Below are positions 1 through 10,600 of a stretch of 64,000 nucleotides of DNA, piece by piece (within the stretch, counting starts at the first letter, position 1; each line of letters starts with the position of its first letter). A program made the translations under genes and the position numbers. Source of the DNA: Macrostomum lignano (lineage: Eukaryota). The stretch is from NCBI GenBank assembly GCA_002269645.1, contig NIVC01000341.1, forward strand, positions 176,318-240,317. Direction: 5' to 3'. The notes beneath the pieces are model-generated. The model did no database searches. It was not told where the DNA came from and saw nothing but the letters and a program-made list of their open reading frames with translations.

Positions 1-118
1 CTGGTAGGGTCAGGATTGGTGCTGCATCGGTGCCCACGTGCTGCACCTCCGTCTGGCATGCGTTGATTTGCAGTCCGACTCGGGCGCTCTCCTCATAGCT
101 ATAATTTTCGTTGGGCAT
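1..118 (-). CDS. 5' end of an unidentified gene running off the window edge (MPNENYSYEESARVGLQINACQTEVQHVGTDAAPILTLP...)
   Basis: ATG at 118 opens a frame that stays open to position 1. It is preceded by an acceptor-like ttcttatag about 28 nt upstream. Composition is GC-rich like other exons. No family recognised. Confidence 0.4.
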   Translation of the reverse strand, partial: MPNENYSYEESARVGLQINACQTEVQHVGTDAAPILTLP

Positions 119-549
119 GGTACGCGTATTGCTACACAGCTGTCAGCTATAAGAATGACAAAAATAGATTCATAAGACAAACTAGCTGAGCCATGCCGAA
201 TTTTAATGGTTTCTAGGCGCAGGACACGTGCAATTGTACGTAGAATAAAAAATCAATATAGAATCCTTACTTTCTGAAGCTATAAGAAAGGCAAGAAATA
301 TCAAAAGCTTTCTATCTCCGTAGTGTATTTTTTCGGGAAAACCTATAGCTGTCTCCTAAAATTTTCTAAGAAACGAGGTTTTCCCCGTCCTTCTAGTTGA
401 GTATAGTCCTTGCTCTTGCTATGCGGGCCAATCCTCAAGGCCCTATGTGTGTACATGTACATACCTGACAACAAGAAAGTCAGGGCCACTGTCTGTACAC
501 CTTGTGTGAGTTCGTGCCTGCGTACGTATCTGTTACAGAGGCATGAGAC

Positions 550-1009
550 ATGCTTGCCTCCTCCTCTCTGGCTGCGGATCTGAAATTCAACAAACTATCC
601 ATGCAAACGCATCGGTAAGAGCTGAAAAATACTACTGCTATCAAAAAGCCCCGCTCTCCAAAGGTGCCACACCAGAGTGTTCGCCTACGAGTGCGTTGGC
701 GGCGAGTACAGCGCCAAGCCTCAGGAGCTGTCGCGGCTGCAGCAGCAGCAGATATTCAGCGCCAATGCCTTCTTGACGGAGACGGCTTTCAATAAGCAAC
801 AGCAGCAAAGCCAACGGCGTCATCGAGCCGCAGCTCGACTCTCGGCCGCTTCGGCATCGTCAGCAGCCTCCAATGTCGACTCCGTGCGACCTCACGTGCT
901 GCTGACTTTCGGACAGAAGCTCGGCTCATCGCCAACGAGGCTGGTGCTGTGGGCTGAGTTGCTGCACATCAGGACCTGGGCTCAGCTGCAAACGGCTCTG
1001 AGCGACTGA
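550..1009 (+). CDS. Small two-exon protein of unknown function, about 132 aa (MLASSSLAADLKFNKLSMQTHR/VFAYECVGGEY...WAQLQTALSD)
   Basis: Exons 550-614 and 676-1009 join in frame across a 61-nt gtaag...ccag intron. The total of 399 nt is divisible by 3. Poly-Q/Ala-Ser tracts resemble the other genes here, and the opposite-strand frames are interrupted by stops. Confidence 0.5.
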
Positions 1010-2428
1010 TCAATCGAATAGAAAAAACGTAGAAGCTCGTTACGGGCGTATAATTAACTACTTGAGAGAACAAGCAGACTGTTTATTTATGCGCAGATGT
1101 CATTTTGGTTCAAGCGTGTGAGTATAGGTTGGCTGGGCCACAAGATAGGCCACTCATTATAAACCACTTAACTGGCCATAGAAGCCAATGTGAAAAATTC
1201 TGCAACTCGCGGGCAGCGCAACAATCAACTACTGAACTCAATTTCGTCAGTAGTCTCTGCAGTGCATGCATCATTCTTAGTTTCATTGAGTAGCTTTTTT
1301 ATTTAGTTCATAAGTAGTTCATCAAATTCTCAAAAGATAGCGTCTATGTCCCTAAGCTACTGAACTCAAATTTATAAGCAACCCATGTCGGCTTTTTTTC
1401 CTATTGCCACTTTCCCTATTGCTGCAATACAAAGTGGTCTATCTATGGTAGATCTATGGTCTACCGAGTTAAATTAAAAGAAAACTTTTAGAGATGTTTC
1501 CATGGAGGAAAGAATAAAATTTGTCTATGGCCAAACCAAAGACCACTATAGCAGTATGCTGATATTGTCGTTCAAACTAACTACTTGATATATTCCGTTG
1601 TAATTTTTTCATTTTTTCATTTTCTAACTCATACATTGGTTCTTTATTAATGTAAGCTGTGATTGAGATCTCTTAGCCAAAAATGCATTAGCCATGATCC
1701 TGGAGTACATGCGTATGCTTATCAGCCTTCCATGACAAATATTACTCAATTTTTTATTCAGTATCTATATATAACTTCTCGCTCAACTTGCGCACACTAT
1801 TAGTAAACAGTTTTTATTCATAAAATTTACTAACACAATCATCCTTACCTTCAATTTCATTCCGAAAAACCACAACACCCATCAATCCGATTTGCACTTT
1901 TGCTTTACAGTGACAGGCCGACAGCTTTGTAAATTATATTAGAATAGAAACCCATCATGCGATCATTCGAATGTATTAATGAAAAGTCTAAAAAAGATGC
2001 AGCGTGACATTTCCCTTCCATATTCTACTTTCATTAGTATGTATGTCGTATGGTAACGTTTATGGTGCTCAGAAATTTTAATGTCTCTGTGAAAACTTTT
2101 TTGTTTAAGAGAGGTTGAAATGTTTGTCTACGATAATTATTGTCTTTAAATAAAAGTACACATTTTTTTGTTTACTATACATACTATCTTCCGAGTGTCT
2201 TTTTAACCGACCATCGAAAGATTGAAATGAATTTGCTTGCAGCCGCGCTTCGATTTGACTTTGCAATCACTTAATGAGTCATTTAATGTTCATCGTACTA
2301 CTTCGAAGCATAAGAACTTTCGTAAGTATACCTACCCTTGTTCAGGTGTAAATGTCTCGAAGAAAGATCTAACTACTTTTTTATTTTTTGAACGGTTACA
2401 GTTCACAGAGATCTTCATTAGATGTTAA

Positions 2429-2638
2429 CAGTGGCGCAACCGGGGGGGGGGTGGTGGAGGCGGGGCACGGGGGCGCGCGGTCACGCGCGCTCCCCCTTTA
2501 GGCGGAGACCAGAAAAAATCAAAGGAGGGCCAGCGAATTTTCGCCAAAATACAGAGCCGCGCACCCCAGCTCTGCCCCCTTCGGTCTTTACCCTCCAGAA
2601 TTCGTCCCCTCAACAAATTTCTGATTGCGCTACTACTG
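2429..2638. mobile_element. Possible short non-autonomous DNA element with CAGTGGCGCAA terminus
   Basis: Starts ttaa|CAGTGGCGCAACCGGGGGGG and ends with an imperfect inverted copy TTGCGCTACTACTG|tcaa. It is a GC-rich island in AT-rich DNA. Confidence 0.35.
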
Positions 2639-4068
2639 TCAAGAGTGTGAGTAAATTTTAGTGCACATGCACAGTATTTTGGATTTTATTATTGACAAAT
2701 AATAATTATTATGGCCATCGTCAGTTGTCGAATATTGAAATGTAGCCATTTCCACAGTTTCTAAGCATTTTTAATATTATATAGCTAGCACACATATACT
2801 CGTACTGTAGTATTCATAATTTTTATATCACCATAATAACACTGCATGATTTATTAAATTAGAAAATTTAATAATAGTAATTAATTCTAATAGTATTAGA
2901 ATTAATTTATTCTAATTATTTAATATTTAATTAGAAAATTAGAAAATTCAGGATTATTGTGTGATTAATTGTACTGTGTGTACATATATACATTTACCAT
3001 GGGTGGTAGATTTAGAAGGCGCACAAGGCGCGCCCCCCGTTAGAATTTATTTATTTTTTATATGGAAAAGAACATTATCGTGTTACATATAATATTACAT
3101 ACATATACATGTATACACTTCTGCATGGATCCGCACCTGATATATTTACATGTAGTCCCGGTTTAGTTTTCAAAGCGTGGAAAATTATGGTAAATGGCAT
3201 AAAGTGATGAAGGACGCATTTTTTTAATCGCACTTGAGTTTTCATATTTACATCCTCTTCTTCTTTACAGGTTACAGCTGTGACTATAGTAACATGTAGT
3301 TACGAGTTATTTGTATGCATGTTATTCTTTATTCAATCACAGATCTATTTTTACTACTTTCTTGCCAATTCGTTACATCTAGAGGTGGTCAACGTATCTA
3401 AATCAGTTTGGATCTACAATACTTAAACAATCAACCTGACCTGTAACTTTAGTTTAGTCAAACGGTACGTAAAACGCATCAAGCCGTTTTTTTACTGAAT
3501 GGATAAAATAGGCTCTAAAAACGCTTCTTTTTTTAAAAGTATTATGCTGTAATATATAATTTTAAAACAGCAGTGTTATTACGTAAACCTAATCATTCTT
3601 TATTATAATAAACAGCTTTTGTTAAAACCTAATGCAGGTTTTGTTTTACGCAGTGAATTTTTTAAAGCGTAAGAAATATTCAATTTGCAAAAATAAAGCC
3701 CGTTAAATTCTGAGAACTTCACACAGCCACCTCGTACTTTTCGAATGTTTAACGAGACCAGAAACAAGTAGGGGAGTGAAGCGTATCGTAATTGTAGTTA
3801 GAGAGCAAATTTTATTCTACGCATGGTAAGTGTTTTGCTACAAACGTTTCTGTCATCAAATGTAGAATCAAGCAGATTCACTGTTCTGTTTGTTTTTGTT
3901 TAGTGTTATGTAATATGTTTATTAGTGCCTGGAAGTGTTAATTAGGCCTATTTCAAATGGTCTAGACCTATTTGAGTAGTTATATCCCATAGTCTGAAAG
4001 GGGGCACAGCGTGTGGCGAAAAAATTTGGTGGACAATGTGCTGGAAAATCTGTGCTAGGGTTCTGACA

Positions 4069-4377
4069 ATGGTAATGGCTAGGGTTCCGGCACCAGAACC
4101 AGTTTACTAGGCCCCTAATGGCTATTGATCCAGCAGTCTTCTGCAGGCAGTATTCTACTAATGAAGTCTTGAACATTAGAAGTATCTTCATTTGAATCTC
4201 ATTGTTTCGTTTTGATCTTATCTTGAACAAAATCCCAATATCAACCACCTGTTAAAAAGTAAAACGTTTCTGCTATAATATACCCATAAATTGCACTACT
4301 CACTACTGGAATACATACCACTGCCAGATCGATAGCCATTAGAAAATGGGTTCTGGTGCCAGAACTCTAGCCATTGC
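4069..4377. mobile_element. MITE family B, copy 1 (about 310 bp; TIR about AATGGCTAGRGTTCCGGCACCAGAACC)
   Basis: Its ends are inverted repeats of each other. The whole unit is repeated in reverse orientation at 4528-5530 and partially at about 55685-55790. Confidence 0.6.
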
Positions 4378-4527
4378 CCATTGCCTCTGACAATATCAAA
4401 TTTTTGAGATTTTTGAGATCTATACTTTTAAGATAATTGAGATCCAAGATTAGACCTAGCCTAAGCCTAAGCCCTAATTTGTGTCTAGTAGGCCCTATGC
4501 CTATTTACACTATTCTATCATTCAAGC

Positions 4528-5530
4528 CAATGGCTAGAGTTCCAGCACCAGAACCCATTTTCTAAGTGCTATAGATCTGGCAGCCATAGTCAGGAAGGTG
4601 GCAAGTGCACGTGGGAATCAATTTATGGAAAAATCCTTGGTGCATGCCAATGTATGCCAATTTTTTAAAACCCTTAACATGACATTTCTGTTGCATGCCA
4701 AAAATCTTGAATACCAAAAATCATGTACGCCTCATGTATGTGTGATTTGAATATTAACTGTATTAGATACTATTTTTAAATAAATTTTCTACTTACGTTA
4801 AACAAAGTTTATATTAAAAAGGAAATTCGCTACAAAGAACATAGTGAGTATCAAAAACTTTTTCTTCACATTTCAAGAAACAAATAAACTAAAAGTCTAC
4901 AAGAGTCACAAAATAAGAGCGTTTAAAAGTTATTGGATATTTTAATTTTAATGTAGGCTGTAGAGTGTAGGCCTGGCTGTAGGCTAGGCTGTAGCCTCAA
5001 CTAGTTGGTTTAATCAATATTCAAATTCAATTGTTCACGCTTAACTTTATATATTGTATATATATAGTGTATACATCTATATCTGACTTGTTGATATACT
5101 GTCAGTTTGTAATTGCACGCCAAGGTTACACGCCAAGTAAAAAACTTGTACGCTGAAAATTTAGGCGTGGCTTGAGACCCCTATTTGCACGCCAAATTTG
5201 CATGCCAAAATTTTAGCGTGGCTTGTGCATGCGGGAAAATTCCTGCGTGCAGGCCACCTTTCTAAGTATGGTCTGGCAGTGGTATTCCAGTAGTGCAATT
5301 TATGGGTAATAGGCCCTAGAGTAGAAACATTTCATTTTTTAATGGGTAGTTGATATTGAGATTTTGTTAAGATAAGATCAAAATGAAATGATAAGATGAG
5401 ATTCAAAACAAGATACTTCTAATGTTCAAAGACTTCATTAATATCAATAGTTAACTGCTTGCTAAAGACTGCTGGATCTATAGGCCTAGCTTTTAGAAAC
5501 AGGTTCCAGTGCTAGAACTTTAGCCATTGC
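4528..5530. mobile_element. MITE family B, copy 2 (inverted), interrupted by MITE family A
   Basis: 4528-4583 plus 5272-5530 together are the reverse complement of 4069-4377. Confidence 0.6.
4584..5271. mobile_element. MITE family A (688 bp; TIR CCATAGTCAGGAAGGTGGC; 8-bp TSD TCTGGCAG)
   Basis: Left TIR at 4584 and right TIR GCCACCTTTCTAAGTATGG ending 5271. An identical 8-mer TCTGGCAG lies at 4576-4583 and 5272-5279. Internal RCGCCAA/CATGCCAA subrepeats are present. Confidence 0.8.
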
Positions 5531-6837
5531 TATCAATCAATGGTAATATTGTTACTTGTTAAATGTAGGCCTATACAAATATTATAATAGAAAGAAAATA
5601 ATTTGGGCCTATTTAATATTGAGCTTGCTAGGTCTAATATCTTAGTCTATCCTATAGAACCAGACTTGGGAAGGTTATATGTTATAAATGACCCTTTTTG
5701 AAATTGGCATACAAATTTTGGCATACAAATTGATGCTATATATGAAAATTGTAATATAAATCAATATTTTCACATAAAAAAAAATTGTATAGTCTAGAAA
5801 GTCAATAATAAACTTTTTGCTTCTTTAAAATTAATAATAAATAAAATTAGTATAAATTATTATTAAAAACATAAATTTAGCATTATTATTTCTATAAGTT
5901 TAATTTAAGTTTGTTTAAAATGAAAACATTTGTAATATTTTAAAAAGACTTTTTGTATGAAAGCCTTTCTTAGGAAACTCTACTTGTGAAAACCAAATGA
6001 CCTTTTTTAAGCAGAATTTTTGGCAAACAGGATTTTTTTGCTTTTGGCATATATTGATATACATTTTGCTGAGATAGGATTCTTGTTCCAATATACACTA
6101 CTACATGATCTGGACCCTGGCTATAGAATCGTTCAATAAATATTTTTCTACTTGAATTTGATTCCTTTCTTTTTTAGATAGAGTCCAAAAATATAAAACC
6201 AAAGAACTGATTCAAATAGTATGTTTTGCATACACAAAGCATAAAAATATTTCTATAGACTATAGTTGAAAGGCTAAGATGCAAGAGACCTTAAAGAAAG
6301 ATGCATTTGAGATTGAAAATTAGCTGCCAAGCTATCACTATTGGGATTCAAGCCAAGCCATTACTAGAGAAGCCCTGCCATTATTCACTTTTTATTTTAG
6401 ATTTCTACTCTCTAGCCTGTTAGTAAAATATCTGTTACTAAAATGGTCACTAACCAAATATTCCATGTTTTACTACTATGCAGCTTGTCACATTTTTTAT
6501 GAAAAATTAAATAAAAATATGCCCTAAGCACATTAAGGATCCCATATATATATATTAGTACTATATACCAAACAGTGCAAAGATATTTTTATATAATGGA
6601 AATTAAATTATAGAATGGACCTAATATTTAATAAAATTTTATAATACAAAGAGGTATTATATAAAAATGATGATCTCAAATAAAAAAGGCTATAATATAC
6701 TTGCTTTATATAAGATAAAGTTAAGAAATCAAGAAAATTCTCTCTATGTATATATATTTATGTCATAAAGCAGTGTTGTAGTAACAAAGGAAATTTAAAA
6801 TTAAAAAATTATTGCAAGTGATATAACATGCTTGGGC

Positions 6838-6989
6838 GCAACCTAGGGATTCACCTGGCTGTTTCTATTGGCAACACACACATGTAAGTTGCTATTGGAT
6901 GGAATAGTAGTCACGTGACTGCTCTGAGCCAATCGCGACTTACATGTGTGTGTTGCCAATAGAAACAGCCGAGTGATTCCCAAGGTTGC
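6838..6989. mobile_element. About 150-bp near-perfect palindrome (foldback MITE-like) centred on AGTCACGTGACT
   Basis: Left arm GCAACCTAGGGATTCACCTGGCTGTTTCTATTGGCAACACACACATGTAAGT pairs with right arm ACTTACATGTGTGTGTTGCCAATAGAAACAGCCGAGTGATTCCCAAGGTTGC. Confidence 0.65.
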
Positions 6990-7664
6990 ACATGTATGAG
7001 ATATAACAGTATCTAGAAAAGTCAGTAAAAAACAAATGTGCTAGTTCTAAATCTCCTAGACTAATTTAGATACAAAGTACAACATTTGCAAAGGTTCAAT
7101 AGTGCAGTCTCATAAGTATACCATTAGCCTATCTACACTAAGTGCATGCAAAAGAATTTACTAGTCCAAAAGATCACCAAAAATTGTGTAGCAAGTATGC
7201 ACCAATTGTTCCAAAAGTACATTAGAAATTTCTAGTGTATGGCATAACCATGAGTATGGTTTGATTAAAAATTTATTAGCTGCAATATACACAAAAGCTA
7301 TACAAGTAGAGGATTACTTAAGGATTATGCAAGGAAATATTACATTAAAGAGATATCAGCTTTTCATTTTTCAGCACAAAAATTGTTATTGCTTTTGATA
7401 GTAGAGAGACCCGGTGTTGATTTTTTAATGTGCCGCCTTTCCTATAGCTCTATCAATATCCATTTATTCATAGTCTTATAAAATAAACATAAAATCTTAA
7501 TTTTTTAAACAAATAGCTGTATGAATATCCATAGCACATGTACTATAACTGTCATAGATACAATTTTTTCATGTTGCTCTTGTTGCATTTAAGTGTTTAG
7601 TGCCAAGTTTTAACAATAATTATGAACCATAATTGACGATAGATATTTAACTAAATGATTGCAG

Positions 7665-10600
7665 GTTGAGCTAAGCCAACCCTCTGGTCCAACACTGGCT
7701 GCCACCACCAACACAGCCGTTGGCGTTGTAGGCGGCATGGGCGCCGCCGCTACCCCGTCTGGCGCCAAACGGGCTAGGCGCGGTCCCCGACCGCACGAAC
7801 TCGAAGACGAGGACAGCTCACTGTTTGCTATTATCAAGCAGGGCCGTGGCGCTCTGCAACAGATTGCAGACGAATGGATCCAGCAGTACAAGCAGGATAG
7901 AGACGCCGCTCTTGTTAGACTATTGCAGTTTTTTATTAGCAGCAGCGGCTGCAAAGGTCGCATCACTATGCAGATGTACCTTAACGATAGCTACGCTGAG
8001 ATTATTCGCAAAATGACGGAACAATTCGACGAGGATAGCGGCGAGTATCCGCTAATCATGACCGGGCCAGTTTGGCGCAAATTCCGGTCCAGCTTTGTTG
8101 ACTTCATCACTATACTGATTCGGCAGTGCCAGTATAGCGTCATCTATGACCAGTTCATGACTGACACTGTGATCTCGTTGCTAACTGGTTTAACCGATTC
8201 TCAGGTGCGAGCATTTCGTCACACAAGCACCCTGGCAGCTGTGAAGTTAGTCACAGCCCTTGTTGAAGTGTCCTTAAGCGTGTCAATCAATCTTGACAAC
8301 ACGCAGCGTCAATACGACGCCGAACGATTGAAAGCGCAGAATCGGCGCGCACACGATCGTCTAGACGGCCTGTTAAAGAATCGACAGAAGCTGCAGGAGA
8401 ATCTTGAAGAGATTAAAACTATGATCACCTACCTGTTCAAAGGAGTCTTTATCCATCGGTACAGAGACTCGCAGGCCGAGATTCGCACTATTTGCATCCA
8501 AGAGATTGGCCAGTGGATGAAAAAGATGCCAAACGTATTCTTGGAGGATTCCTATTTAAAATACGTAGGCTGGACTCTGTACGATCGGTGTCGGAGGTTC
8601 GATTAACCTGTCTGAAATCGTTGCAGCCGCTCTATGAAGATCCGAACGCTGTTAACAAGCTGGAGCTGTTCAGCAGCCGGTTTAAATCGCGCATATTAGA
8701 CATGACGCTAGACAAAGATAGCGAAGTTGCCGTTGAAGCTGTTCGCTGCGTCACCTGTATGCTGCGCAATCTCGATCGGATTCTTGACGACAAAGACGCC
8801 GAGAATATCTACGAGCTAGTGTACTCAAGCCACCGACCGTTGGCCGTAGCAGCCGCCGAGTTCTTGAATTTGAAACTGTTCCAACTAGACGAACACGCGC
8901 CGCAGTTGCGCACTAAGAAAGGCAAAAAGCGCAGCCAGAACACTGTGCTATTGCGCGATCTAGTCCAGTTCTTTATTGAGTCCGAATTAAACGAACACGC
9001 CGCTTATTTAGTTGATAGTTTCTTCGACATTAACGACATGCTGCGCGACTGGGAGGCCATGATCGACCTGCTGTTGGAGGAGCCAGGTCGGGGCGAAGAG
9101 CCGCTAGGTGATCTGCAGGAATCGTCGCTAATTGAAATTCTAGCCTGCTGTGCGCGTCAGGCCGCCACTGGCGAAAGTCCGGTTGGTAGGCAGGCCAGTC
9201 GGAAGCAGTTGACTAATCGCGAGATGCGACAGGTGCGTCTGAGGGAGTTGACTTGCAATTGCAGTCGAAATTGGGATTTTTTACAATTAGGGTGTCGAAA
9301 TGGGGATTTTAGAGGATTTTTTTACAATAGAGGTGTCAAAACAAGGATTCTAGGGAATATTTTAAAATTAGAGTGTCAAAATAAAGATTCTAGGGAATAT
9401 TTTACAATTAGGGTGTCAAAATGGGGATTCTAGGGAATATTTTACAATTAGGGTGTCAAAATAGGGATTCTAGGGGATATTTTACAATTAGGGTGTCAAA
9501 ATAGGGATTCTAGGGAATATTTTACAATTAGGGTGTCAAAATAAAGATTCTAGGGAATATTTTACAATTAGGGTGTCAAAATGGGGATTCTAGGGAATAT
9601 TTTACAATTAGGGTGTCAAAATAGGGATTCTAGGGAATATTTTACAATTAGAGTGTCAAAATAAAGATTCTAGGGAATATTTTACAATTGGGGTGTCAAA
9701 ATAGGGATTCTAGGGAATATTTTACAATTGGGGTGTCAAAATAGGGATTCTAGGGAATATTTTACAATTAGGGTGTCAAATAGGGATTCTAGGGAATATT
9801 TTACAATTGAGGTGTCAAAATAGGGGTTTTAGGAGATTTTTTACACTCGCATGTCAACATAGGAACTTTCTTGGGATTGAGATAGACATTTCAAGCATTA
9901 ATCGTTGATAGTTAAGTGTAAAGTTTAATATTTTTAGGAATCTTTAACACTATTTTTGTCAAAACTCGACAGGTTTTGATGATATTTGACACCCAATGAG
10001 CTTGGCCTGTTTTCTAATCGAACGATCCCTATTATTAACTAATGTCTCCAGGTGCAAGAGGACAAGCAGAGGCTAACTGAGCACCTGATTCCAACTCTGG
10101 CTCAGCTTATTCTCAAATACGGCGAAGACACAGGCAAAATGTTAAACCTGCTGTCGCTTGTGCAGTACATGGACTTGGACATGTTCGTTAGCACTCGCCA
10201 GGAGAAGCATCTGGACCTGCTGCTCAAGTACATGCAGGAGTCCATTGTGAAGCACACTGAAACCGAGGTGCTGCTATCGTTTGCTCGAGTATTCGAGTCC
10301 CTAACCCAGGAGGAGCTGCAGATTGGCAGCAAATGCCTTGCCGTGCTCAGCACCTTGATTGACAGACTAGTAGAATCCTATAAGCAGGCCTATCTCAACT
10401 ATTTTCAAGAGGAACGACCAGACGAAGACGACAAATATGCCCTGCTGTCAGCTTTGAAAAGAATATTTGCATTCTATTCTTATCACGACCTGACCTCGTG
10501 GGACCTGTGGATCAGCCTGTTAACCATATTCCGATCAGCTCAGGAGCGACCGTTCTATTACGAAGAAGTTGTCGCCAGAGGCATCGGCTGCGCCTATTTT

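Noticed and set aside
8580-8610. Programmed ribosomal frameshift in STAG
   Set aside because: There is no slippery heptamer or evident stimulatory structure; a one-base homopolymer deletion explains it.
9270-9850. TTAGGG within the 40-bp unit as an interstitial telomere
   Set aside because: There is only one TTAGGG per 40-bp unit and no tandem hexamer run.
9226-10058. Introner-type intron gain suggested by direct repeats at intron ends (CAGGTGC in STAG intron 1; AGGTGC in GNB intron 2; many AG|GT)
   Set aside because: AG|GT is the ordinary proto-splice context. The introns share no common sequence or TIRs, and the GNB intron positions match those I recall for human GNB1, so they are ancestral.
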